DNA of 64,000 nucleotides. Origin: Acutalibacteraceae bacterium (GTDB taxonomy: Bacteria; Bacillota; Clostridia; Oscillospirales; Acutalibacteraceae). This document shows positions 49,384 through 58,014 of the stretch, piece after piece. Each line of letters begins with the position of its first letter. The stretch's first letter is position 1. The notes below the pieces were generated by a model that was not told the origin of the DNA, did not search any database, and worked only from the letters and a program-made list of their open reading frames with translations. A program made the position numbers and the translations under genes. Where the stretch lies: NCBI GenBank assembly GCA_045532505.1, contig JAZSGB010000070.1, positions 7,941 through 71,940 of the forward strand. The letters are read 5' to 3'.

Positions 49384-50425
49384 AACCCTCTACCATCTGT
49401 TTAACATCAAATTTTTGTGATAATATCTTTGATTGCTTAGCGTAACTACGACGTTTTTGTTCATCAGCAATCAAAGCTTCTAACGCATTTATATACGCAG
49501 TTTTATCTCCTAAAGGAACCAGAATTCCGTTTTCTCCATTATTTACTATTTCTCTTATACCACCTACATCGGTTGAAATAATGGGTAAGCCTGCAGCCAT
49601 CGCTTCAAGAATAGATAACGGTAACCCTTCATAAACAGAAGAAGCAACGTAAATATCAGCAGCTGCCAAGTAATTTTCAACATCTCTTACAAGTCCTGCT
49701 AACCGAACCTTTTCTTGCAATCCTTTTTCCTTTATCTGAGTTTCAAGCTCTTTTCTCGATTCTCCTTCGCCTAAAATTGTTAAATAAACATTTTCGTTTT
49801 TTTCACATATTTCGGCAAAGCAATCTATCATAAAACCAAAATTCTTAACCGGATATAAAGTGCCCACGGATACGAGATTAAGCTTATCGTCCTTTTCAAG
49901 CATCAAATTGTAACGAGAACATTTAACACCGTTGTAAACAACAGGCACTCTCTGTTCGCCGATGTGATATTCATCAACGACACTTTTTGCAATTATTTTA
50001 CTTATTCCAACCGGTACAACGCCAAAGACCTTGTATGCAAAAACTCTAATAAGTCTTTGCAAACCCCTACCCTCTTTTTGGGCATTTGTATGAACCGTGT
50101 GGAGCTTAACCTGTCGCCTTTTATATGATGGAATCAGGTACAGCATAGTATCAAGATTAGAATGTATTACATCAGGCTTGTATTCTTTTATAAATTTTTT
50201 AACCTGCTTAAAAAAATTAAAGTCAAGACCAACCTTCTTATCTAAATAAGTAACATCTATTTTGCTCTCTTGCACATCTTTTTCTAAAATAGTGCCCTTC
50301 TGCTTATAAAAAACAAGAAGCTTGACCTCAAATTTTGTTCTGTCTATATTTTTGGCAAGGTCCACAACAAACTTTTCTCCACCACCTTGTGCAAGTGTGG
50401 GGACCACCAATAACACTTTTTTCAT
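49358..50425 (-). CDS. family-4 glycosyltransferase
   Basis: EGLPLSILEAMAAGLPIISTDVGGIREIV (EX7E region). Confidence 0.8.
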   Translation of the reverse strand: MKKVLLVVPTLAQGGGEKFVVDLAKNIDRTKFEVKLLVFYKQKGTILEKDVQESKIDVTYLDKKVGLDFNFFKQVKKFIKEYKPDVIHSNLDTMLYLIPSYKRRQVKLHTVHTNAQKEGRGLQRLIRVFAYKVFGVVPVGISKIIAKSVVDEYHIGEQRVPVVYNGVKCSRYNLMLEKDDKLNLVSVGTLYPVKNFGFMIDCFAEICEKNENVYLTILGEGESRKELETQIKEKGLQEKVRLAGLVRDVENYLAAADIYVASSVYEGLPLSILEAMAAGLPIISTDVGGIREIVNNGENGILVPLGDKTAYINALEALIADEQKRRSYAKQSKILSQKFDVKQMVEGYEKLYQTK

Positions 50426-51453
50426 TCGTTTCCTCCAAGACTTGTGTATATACTCAAAATCTGCTTCAGAACACTATCTCTTAGATAGCACTCTTTAACC
50501 TTATGAATATTATTTTTGCTCATCTCTGCTCTAAGGTTTTTGTCCTCAATAGCCTTAACTGCTTCAACAAGACGAGCTGCATCGGGAGAATCAATTATTA
50601 TTCCACCCGTATCTCCAATCATATCGGGAATTGCTCCTACGCCTGTTGCAACTATCGGTAAACCACAGCTCATAGCCTCAAGCACAGTTAAAGGGAAACC
50701 CTCGGTATAGCTTGGAAAAAGCAAAACATCTGCTTTTTTTAAATACTCTATAACCTCTTCATGGCTCTTTCTGCCAACAGGCTTAACATTTGGTTTGTTA
50801 GAAAATTCAATATTCCCATCATTGGGACCTATTAAAAGAATTTCTACATTTTCTAACTCTTTTGCTGCCTCTAAAAGCTCATATATACCTTTTTGTTTTG
50901 TTAATCGTCCTACGAAAACAGCTGTTTTTATTTCATCTGATATTATCTTATTGTCCTCATATACCCGGGGTATAAAATTTGGCACATATGCACATTTGCT
51001 TGTGTACCTTTGCGCAACCTTTAAAGAAGGTGTGTTAAGGGCTATAACAAACGATGCTATTTTGCAAATCATTTTAAAAAAGGTTTCTGAGATTTTATTG
51101 TTTATAACATAATCCAAATTACAGTGGCAGTGGTAAACAGTATCCACACCTATTCCCATTAACACAAAAAAATCCCTTATCAAACCAACCATACTGCAGG
51201 AGGCAGAATAGTGCAGAACATCAAAGCCGCCTGTTTTTACTGCCTTTTTAATAGCTTTCCTGCATTTTATTGCACGAAGAAGCTCGTCAATTAAAAAGCG
51301 TTTGCTTACCTCTTTTGCTCTTTTGCCTGTAATAGCAGTATTTATTACGTGATAATCTATATTGTTGTTATCAAAATATTCAATTATATCCTTCGTCCAC
51401 GAAGCTATACCACCTACAGGTGGTGGCAAAGGTGATGCTACAAGAATCTTCAT
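50422..51453 (-). CDS. family-4 glycosyltransferase
   Basis: EGFPLTVLEAMSCGLPIVATGVGAIPDMI (EX7E region). Confidence 0.8.
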   Translation of the reverse strand: MKILVASPLPPPVGGIASWTKDIIEYFDNNNIDYHVINTAITGKRAKEVSKRFLIDELLRAIKCRKAIKKAVKTGGFDVLHYSASCSMVGLIRDFFVLMGIGVDTVYHCHCNLDYVINNKISETFFKMICKIASFVIALNTPSLKVAQRYTSKCAYVPNFIPRVYEDNKIISDEIKTAVFVGRLTKQKGIYELLEAAKELENVEILLIGPNDGNIEFSNKPNVKPVGRKSHEEVIEYLKKADVLLFPSYTEGFPLTVLEAMSCGLPIVATGVGAIPDMIGDTGGIIIDSPDAARLVEAVKAIEDKNLRAEMSKNNIHKVKECYLRDSVLKQILSIYTSLGGNE

Positions 51454-51464
51454 ATTTCCAAACC

Positions 51465-52013
51465 TTATTTCCCTATCGCTTCTTTATGTTTATTAAGCGT
51501 TTCTTCATCAAATCTCATTTTCAATTTTTTTGCGGGAACGCCACCATATATGCTATATGGCTCAATATCCTTTGTTACAACTGAACCTGCAGCAACAACG
51601 GCTCCCTCGCCTATTGTAACGCCTTTAAGTATAGTAGCATTGGCGCCAATCCAATTATCGCCTTCAAAAACAATATCCTGATCATCATCAGGGTCTTTTT
51701 CTTTATCGGTAATTTCATCCATATACTTGCCAACCACATCTATTTTGTGGTTTCCGGTTATTACGGTAACACCGGGGCCCACCATAACATGGTCGCCAAC
51801 AATTATTTTGGCTCTTGAAGACATCAAGGTAGTACCTTTCCCTAAAAAAACATTATTTCCTATGTAGATGTTTTTTTCTCCGGATAAACTAAGATTTTTA
51901 CCAAAATTAACATTTTTCCCACAGGAGCCTAATGATGCTTTCTTAACCGGAACAATTACATATTTATTAAACACCTTTTGAATGATTTGGCACAGCTTAT
52001 ATATGATTTTCAT
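51465..52013 (-). CDS. left-handed beta-helix (hexapeptide) O-acetyltransferase
   Basis: Hexapeptide repeats ([10 protein letters not shown].., [25 protein letters not shown]). The start is taken at the internal ATG that avoids overlap with the upstream gene. Confidence 0.75.
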   Translation of the reverse strand: MKIIYKLCQIIQKVFNKYVIVPVKKASLGSCGKNVNFGKNLSLSGEKNIYIGNNVFLGKGTTLMSSRAKIIVGDHVMVGPGVTVITGNHKIDVVGKYMDEITDKEKDPDDDQDIVFEGDNWIGANATILKGVTIGEGAVVAAGSVVTKDIEPYSIYGGVPAKKLKMRFDEETLNKHKEAIGK

Positions 52014-52041
52014 TTTGTCCTCCCGGCAACTTATATGGTGT

Positions 52042-53238
52042 TCACACAATATCTTTATAAACTCTCTCCACCGAATAATTTTCGGCAAGATATTTCTTTT
52101 CTTTTTCTGTCATCTCAGTAAAATCAGCGTTTAGAGCTTTTTCTACACAAGCAGAAAAACCGTCTACAGAGTTGCTTTCGCACCACCAACCAAAGCCACC
52201 ATCAGTAACGACCTTGCCTATATCCGTATTAGGGTCTGTGCAAGCGAGCACGGGAAGCCCTGCCTGCATATACGCAAGAAGCCTTGACGGAAAATTTGGT
52301 ATTGTGAAACGGTGGTCAAGGAATATAAGGCCAACATCACAGCAAGCAACCATTGCATCGTACTCATCCTTAGGAAGACTTTCCATAAGGAGTACATTTT
52401 CAGGCTTTTCTTCATTAACAAATTGTTCAATCAGCTTATAATGAGTGCCTGAACCTACTATAAGGAAAAATGCTTCTGCATTATCCTTCTGTGCTCTTAA
52501 GCAATCCACAACAAAAGGAATACCCTGTGGTTTTCCTAAGCTACCACCGTATACGAAAACCTTTTTGTTTAACGGTATGTTATATTTTTTTCTCAGCTCT
52601 TCTCTTTTTTCTTGAGAAATGCTCATATCCATAACCTCTACACAGTTAGGGCTGACCTCAACCCTATCCTCTGCAATTTCGGGATTATGCTTTAAAACGA
52701 AATCAACGTTTGCCTGAGACATACAGCCTATTTTATCGGAAAGCGCATAGAGCATTTTTTCTTTTCTTCTGAAATACTTGTAGATTATACTTTTCCAGCC
52801 ACTCTTGGACATCATACCCATATCCACAGCATTCTGAGGGAAAATATCCTTAAGTAAAAGATAGCTCTTTGCGTTATCTCTCTTCTTAATGTACTTGACA
52901 ACAGATGCAAATGTAATTGGTGGAGTTGAGTACATAACCATATCAAATTTCACATTTGAAAAATACTTTTTAATAGCTGATTTGTACTGACTCTCAATAA
53001 GAACTGTAGAAATGCCTTTTTCGATAATGTTTGTTTTGGTTATATTCCCAACACGGACTTTAAGAAGCTTTGCACCATCTTCCTCTATAAGCTCTGTGGG
53101 AAGGCCTGTTCTTCTCTCTCTGCGACTCACAACGTAAACGTTATGCCCCTGATTCTTAAACTCTCTTAAAAGGTCAGGGTAAATAGCGTGCTGATTTATA
53201 CTGTCAAAACGCCCTATTGATAAAAACAATACGTTCAT
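52042..53238 (-). CDS. family-4 glycosyltransferase (WbuB-like)
   Basis: GT4 architecture with C-terminal [17 protein letters not shown]. Confidence 0.7.
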   Translation of the reverse strand: MNVLFLSIGRFDSINQHAIYPDLLREFKNQGHNVYVVSRRERRTGLPTELIEEDGAKLLKVRVGNITKTNIIEKGISTVLIESQYKSAIKKYFSNVKFDMVMYSTPPITFASVVKYIKKRDNAKSYLLLKDIFPQNAVDMGMMSKSGWKSIIYKYFRRKEKMLYALSDKIGCMSQANVDFVLKHNPEIAEDRVEVSPNCVEVMDMSISQEKREELRKKYNIPLNKKVFVYGGSLGKPQGIPFVVDCLRAQKDNAEAFFLIVGSGTHYKLIEQFVNEEKPENVLLMESLPKDEYDAMVACCDVGLIFLDHRFTIPNFPSRLLAYMQAGLPVLACTDPNTDIGKVVTDGGFGWWCESNSVDGFSACVEKALNADFTEMTEKEKKYLAENYSVERVYKDIV

Positions 53239-53251
53239 TTTTAAACCCTTC

Positions 53252-53531
53252 TTAGAGTGGGTTAAGCGTATCCGAAACAGATTTTGGGATAGTATTTTCC
53301 ACTCATATTTTGTTAAAATACTCGTAAATCCGTCAGGATTTACTGCGTTTTTGCCTCATCTGAGTGGAAAATACTTTATCACAAAATTTTTCAACCTTAA
53401 ATGTAAGAGGTTTCGTGGAATTTTGGTCGTATTTGACTGCAGATAGGCTGGCGCCTTTCAAAGGCAAATCGGGCAAAAGTACCGAAAGCCCTTCATTTAA
53501 GGCTGTTTCGGATATACTTAAACCACTCTAA
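53252..53531. repeat. 280-bp structured element bounded by 29-bp imperfect terminal inverted repeats (MITE-like or structured RNA)
   Basis: ttagagtgggttaagcgtatccgaaacag (53252-53280) versus the reverse complement of 53503-53531 is 26/29 identical. Two internal long hairpins lie at 53281-53387 and 53395-53502. Confidence 0.7.
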
Positions 53532-54489
53532 CCATTACTTCATTATATTTCATCATATAAACGCCGTCTTCATATTGACCTATATGGCTTTCATTTTCTT
53601 TTCCCTCAAGGTTATTGACAATAAGTGCCATATGGTTGCAGCCACATTCGTATGCGTGTGGATAGCCTCCACCAAAACGAGGGTTAACCTCGGAAATGTA
53701 ATATTCTCCGTTGATATCAAATATATCAATATCAATCTGTCCACGATATCCGGCCTTGTTTACAAATTCCTCGATTAAAGCGAACAATTTTTCATCCTTA
53801 AATGAAACAGATTTATCGGTTTCGCCTGCTCTCATAACAATTTTCTTTTTAGTAAATATTGATACAACCTCTCCTGAAAGCATATCTATATATACATCGG
53901 CTCCTATTTCCTGTCCGTTTAAGAACTCCTGTATCATAAGATTATCGGAATTTTTAAACAACAGCTCAAGGGTTTCAATATTATTAACCTTGCTTATGGC
54001 TATTGATGCGCTTCCCCTTACAGGCTTAACAAACACGGGGAATGATGCTGTGCCGTTTTCCAAATCTTTTTTAAATAAATCTATATCAACATAGCTTTTC
54101 GCAGTTTTAAAACCGTTTGCAGTAAGCCAGTTGAACATTTGCATTTTATCAAGGCTCATTTCACAAAGCGAAAAGTCAGAGCCTACAATTGTTACCCCTA
54201 AAGCCTCAAATTTTTCTTTATTCTCGGCAAGCAGGCTAAGCTCCGGGTCAATAAGGCTTAAAACGCCTGTAATTGCCTCTTTTTTGCATATGTCAAGAAT
54301 TATGTCTATATAGCCCGGCTCTGTTATTCTCGGAACCTGATAAAAAGCATCTGCCTCATATACTGCAGGAGCAATATTTATAAGGTCTGTTGCCACTACC
54401 TTTCCTTTGCCCGACAATTCCTTTTTAAAATACTGTACAATTTTATTTCTTGTACCTGCGCTGAGAATTAAAATATTCATTTCGCTCAT
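53518..54489 (-). CDS. ATP-grasp domain ligase (carbamoyl-phosphate-synthase-like fold)
   Basis: FPVFVKPVRGSASIAI, MIQEFLNGQEIGADVY and ISEVNPRFGGG motifs typical of ATP-grasp enzymes. Confidence 0.75.
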   Translation of the reverse strand: MSEMNILILSAGTRNKIVQYFKKELSGKGKVVATDLINIAPAVYEADAFYQVPRITEPGYIDIILDICKKEAITGVLSLIDPELSLLAENKEKFEALGVTIVGSDFSLCEMSLDKMQMFNWLTANGFKTAKSYVDIDLFKKDLENGTASFPVFVKPVRGSASIAISKVNNIETLELLFKNSDNLMIQEFLNGQEIGADVYIDMLSGEVVSIFTKKKIVMRAGETDKSVSFKDEKLFALIEEFVNKAGYRGQIDIDIFDINGEYYISEVNPRFGGGYPHAYECGCNHMALIVNNLEGKENESHIGQYEDGVYMMKYNEVMVRVV

Positions 54490-54519
54490 TCCTTACCGTT
54501 CCATTCAAAAATTTCTTTT

Positions 54520-55452
54520 TTATTCTTGTGTAAATCTGTTCAAATCATCAAAAAAGAGTGGTGTTCCTCCCGTGTGAATAAACAGTATGTTTTTATTTTG
54601 TATATCATTCTTTTTTATATATTGAAGCATACCACAAAAGGCTTTGCCTACATATGTAGAATCCATTGGAATACCATACTTACATAAGACCTGAGTAATA
54701 ACACTATCTATTTCTGCTGTTGTTTGACCATAGCCTCCACAAATATATGAATCGTCAAAGCTTACATTACTTGTAATTTGCTCCGAGCTATAAGTAACTT
54801 TTTTTGCATCAAGGTATTCTTTTACGCTATCCTCAACAACCTGTCCTCCTCGAGGATTTCTTCTTGCTATGCTTATGCCCACAATATTTGTTGTTTTGTT
54901 GTGAATAAGCTTTCCGCAAACAAGACCTGCTTGTGTTGTGCCTGTACCGGATGCATGAAAAATATAATCAAACTCACAACCGTTTTCTCTTTCAAAATTC
55001 AAGATTTCTTCAAAGCATTCAACATAAGCCTGTGTGCCGTGATTACCGTGCCCGCCACCTGCAATAAAATAAGGTCTTTCACCTTGAGAAGAAATCCCCT
55101 CTAATGTTTTTTTAATAGTTTCGCTAACCTGATTAACCGGCACCGTTATAATTTGTGCACCGAAAAATTCCATAAGCTTACTATTAAAAGTAATTTCACT
55201 TTCCTCTGATGGTGAAATAATTGTACACGGCAAGCTCCTTGACTTTGACATATTGGCAATTATTCTGCAATGATTTGAGCTGCTGCTTCCGTAAGTTACA
55301 ATGTGATCATAACCACCCTCATCTATTTCCTTAAAAAAATGCAGGGCCTTTCTCGCCTTATTCCCCCCAAAAGAAACAGGTATAAAGTCATCTCTTTTAA
55401 CAAATATTCTGTTTTCATTTTCTTCTAAAAGAATTATGGGGGTATCTTTCAT
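54520..55452 (-). CDS. fold-type-II PLP-dependent enzyme, ACC deaminase / D-cysteine desulfhydrase family
   Basis: FGGNKARKALHF (GGNKxRKL-type PLP-lysine motif) and a glycine-rich GGGHGNHG loop. Confidence 0.65.
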   Translation of the reverse strand: MKDTPIILLEENENRIFVKRDDFIPVSFGGNKARKALHFFKEIDEGGYDHIVTYGSSSSNHCRIIANMSKSRSLPCTIISPSEESEITFNSKLMEFFGAQIITVPVNQVSETIKKTLEGISSQGERPYFIAGGGHGNHGTQAYVECFEEILNFERENGCEFDYIFHASGTGTTQAGLVCGKLIHNKTTNIVGISIARRNPRGGQVVEDSVKEYLDAKKVTYSSEQITSNVSFDDSYICGGYGQTTAEIDSVITQVLCKYGIPMDSTYVGKAFCGMLQYIKKNDIQNKNILFIHTGGTPLFFDDLNRFTQE

Positions 55453-55976
55453 TATTTCACCTCATATGCTGCAAAATATTCTTCGAGACATATTTTGTAA
55501 AAATATCTGTCAACTAATTTTCCTCTGTTAATTGCTGATTTTTCTGCCACCGATATTTTCTCAAAGCCCATTTTTTCAAAGAGCCTCTGGGCAGAATAAT
55601 TCTCGGTTTCTGTATACAAATAAACAACCTTGAGCTTCAGCTGATGGTATGCATATTCCAGCAAGAGCCTTGTTGCTTTTCCTGCAATACCCTTCCCTTT
55701 AAGCTTGCTTTCGCCTAAAGTTACATAGTACTCTGCTTCACCATCCTTAATTGAAAGCAGACCTATTATTCCTACCGGAGCTCCATTGTACTCTATAACA
55801 GCATCATATCTATCGGTTCTGTCTTTGTTTTTTTCAAACCATACTGCAGTATTCTCTACTTTCAGTGGCAAATCATAATGCAAAAACTGATTATTGTTTT
55901 CGTCATTTATCCATCGAACCTTGTTTGGAATATCTTCGGCTGCAAATTTTCTTATAGAAACTATACCCTCAGACAT
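55452..55976 (-). CDS. GNAT N-acetyltransferase (RimL/PseH-like)
   Basis: GNAT motif A region KGKGIAGKATRLLLEYAY and a ...RLFEKMGF tail. Confidence 0.75.
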   Translation of the reverse strand: MSEGIVSIRKFAAEDIPNKVRWINDENNNQFLHYDLPLKVENTAVWFEKNKDRTDRYDAVIEYNGAPVGIIGLLSIKDGEAEYYVTLGESKLKGKGIAGKATRLLLEYAYHQLKLKVVYLYTETENYSAQRLFEKMGFEKISVAEKSAINRGKLVDRYFYKICLEEYFAAYEVK

Positions 55977-56616
55977 TTTCAGTCTCCTTTTGCACTCCTC
56001 TGCGATAATTATCTAAACGACCTGCAGAAATTTCACTACCAACCAAAATATCAGAGCGCTTAACTACCTTCATTACCGTTTTAAAAAGAATCTTTATGTC
56101 ATTAACAAGTGAAAGGTTTTCTACATAGTCTATATCGTATGCAAAGCGCTCTTCCCAGCTTCCGATATTATTTCTGCCGTTAACCTGTGCAAGGCCTGTA
56201 AGTCCCGGACGTACATTGTGCCTACAGCGTTCCTCATCTGTATAGTATGGCAAATATTCTACAAGCAACGGTCTTGGCCCTACAAAGGACATATCACCCT
56301 TAAGAATATTGAAAAACTCCGGCAGCTCATCAAGCGATGTTGAACGAAGGAGCTTTCCGTAACGCGTAAGTCTGTCATCATCGGGAAGGAGGTTTCCGTT
56401 CTCATCCTTTTCGCAGGTCATTGTACGAAACTTTATAAGCTTGAATACTTTTTCATCCTTACCCGGTCTGTCCTGTGTAAAAAACGGATTACCCTTCATT
56501 TTTATTGCACCTAAAATAATCAGAACAACAAAAACGGGCGAGAGGCAAATAACAGCACAAAGGGCTATTAAAAAATCTAATACTCTTTTTAAAAATTTTG
56601 CGTACATATTATTCAA
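55969..56616 (-). CDS. small monotopic phosphoglycosyltransferase (bacterial sugar transferase, PglC/EpsL/WcfS-like)
   Basis: One N-terminal membrane helix, then FKLIKFRTM, DELPEF, GPRP and RPGLTGLAQVNGRN motifs. Confidence 0.85.
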   Translation of the reverse strand: MNNMYAKFLKRVLDFLIALCAVICLSPVFVVLIILGAIKMKGNPFFTQDRPGKDEKVFKLIKFRTMTCEKDENGNLLPDDDRLTRYGKLLRSTSLDELPEFFNILKGDMSFVGPRPLLVEYLPYYTDEERCRHNVRPGLTGLAQVNGRNNIGSWEERFAYDIDYVENLSLVNDIKILFKTVMKVVKRSDILVGSEISAGRLDNYRRGVQKETENV

Positions 56617-57820
56617 AACACTTTCTTACAACTTCAATTATTATTGCCTGCTGCTGAGCAGTCATTTTGTTATCACTCGGAAGGCACAGTCCTCTTTCGA
56701 ATATATCTGCACCTACGCTGATTGTGCCCTGCTTTCTGCCATCGCCCTCACGTGTAACAAACGGATTGCTTGCGTATATCGGCTGCATATGCATAGGCTT
56801 CCAAATAGGTCTGCCCTCTGCATTGAGCTGTGCAAGGCTTTCAAGAATTTCTGTGGGGCAGGATTTGCCTTTTTCTGTTTCGTAGGTTGCTACAGTTTCC
56901 GTGCGCTCCTGCTTGCACATTGCATCTTTATCAATAATCATACAAGAGAGCCAATAGTTGGGGGTTGAGTTTTCTTCATCAAACGGGTTCATTTTAACAG
57001 GTAAATCCTTAAAGCCCTCTTTGTATCTTTCGTATATAGCCTTTTTCTGTGCAATGTGCTCCTCTAAATGAGGAATCTGTCCCCTTACAACACCTGCAAT
57101 AACGTTGCTCATTCTGTAGTTGTAGCCAAGCTCTGTATGCTGGTACCAAGGAGCGTTATCTCTCGCCTGCGTTGACCACTTACGAACCTTGCTTGCAGCC
57201 TCCTCATCATCTGTAAGCAGCATTCCTCCTGATGAGCCTGTAATAATTTTATTACCGTTAAAGGATATTGCAGAAAAATCGCCAAAGGTACCTGTTTGCA
57301 CACCCTTATACATTGCACCTAAGGATTCTGCTGCGTCCTCAATGAGAATTGCACCGTGCTTTTTGCAGATTGCCATTATTTCATCAAGCTTTGCAGGTAC
57401 ACCGTAAAGGTGAGCAAGCACACAAACCTTAACCTCAGGATACATTTGAAAAGCCTTTTCAAGTGCAGCAGGGTCCATATTCCAGGTATCATACTCTGTT
57501 TCAATAAGTACGGGCACGCCACCCTCATAAACTACAGGGTTAACAGTTGCATCAAAGGTCATATCTGTACAGAAAACCTTATCGCCGGGCTTTATGCCGG
57601 CAAGCTTTACTGCCATATGCAGGGCAGACGTACCTGATGCAAGAGCAACTGCATATTTACAGCCTACCTTTTCACAAATATGGTGCTCCGTCTCGTTTAT
57701 ATTTGCACCAACTGTAGACATCCAGTTGGTTTCATAGGCTTCCTTTATATATTCAAATTCTTCACCGTGCATTGTTGGAGTCGAGAGCCAAACCTTACTC
57801 TCAAAAGGCTTTATTTCCAT
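56609..57820 (-). CDS. DegT/DnrJ/EryC1/StrS-family sugar aminotransferase
   Basis: PLP-lysine region FNGNKIITGSSGGML; 403 aa. It overlaps the sugar transferase by 8 nt. Confidence 0.85.
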   Translation of the reverse strand: MEIKPFESKVWLSTPTMHGEEFEYIKEAYETNWMSTVGANINETEHHICEKVGCKYAVALASGTSALHMAVKLAGIKPGDKVFCTDMTFDATVNPVVYEGGVPVLIETEYDTWNMDPAALEKAFQMYPEVKVCVLAHLYGVPAKLDEIMAICKKHGAILIEDAAESLGAMYKGVQTGTFGDFSAISFNGNKIITGSSGGMLLTDDEEAASKVRKWSTQARDNAPWYQHTELGYNYRMSNVIAGVVRGQIPHLEEHIAQKKAIYERYKEGFKDLPVKMNPFDEENSTPNYWLSCMIIDKDAMCKQERTETVATYETEKGKSCPTEILESLAQLNAEGRPIWKPMHMQPIYASNPFVTREGDGRKQGTISVGADIFERGLCLPSDNKMTAQQQAIIIEVVRKCFE

Positions 57821-57963
57821 AACAAAAAACCTCGATTTTCTATTAGTTTTATATATCTACACGCAATAAGATATAATGATAGTTATACATTGTATATTAT
57901 AAAATAAATACCTATATATGTCAATAAAATATATGCATATATTACTGAAAAAGCAATAAAAAA

Positions 57964-57999
57964 ACTGTCTTTATCCCCCGTCAGAGAGATAAAGACAGT
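57964..57999 (-). terminator. rho-independent terminator after the kinase gene
   Basis: Stem actgtctttatc / gataaagacagt, with a T-run on the minus strand. Confidence 0.6.
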
Positions 58000-58014
58000 A
58001 ATTATTTGTTTTGG

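Noticed and set aside
55452-57820. Pseudaminic-acid pathway (PseC-like aminotransferase plus PseH-like GNAT).
   Set aside because: No PseB dehydratase, PseG, PseI synthase or PseF cytidylyltransferase is present. The aminotransferase is translationally coupled to a priming phosphoglycosyltransferase instead.
42877-57820. WbpA/B/E/D/I-type pathway for di-N-acetylated mannuronic acid (dehydrogenase, aminotransferase, LbH acetyltransferase, 2-epimerase).
   Set aside because: No Gfo/Idh/MocA-type WbpB oxidoreductase is present. The aminotransferase and acetyltransferase are far apart, in different modules of the locus.
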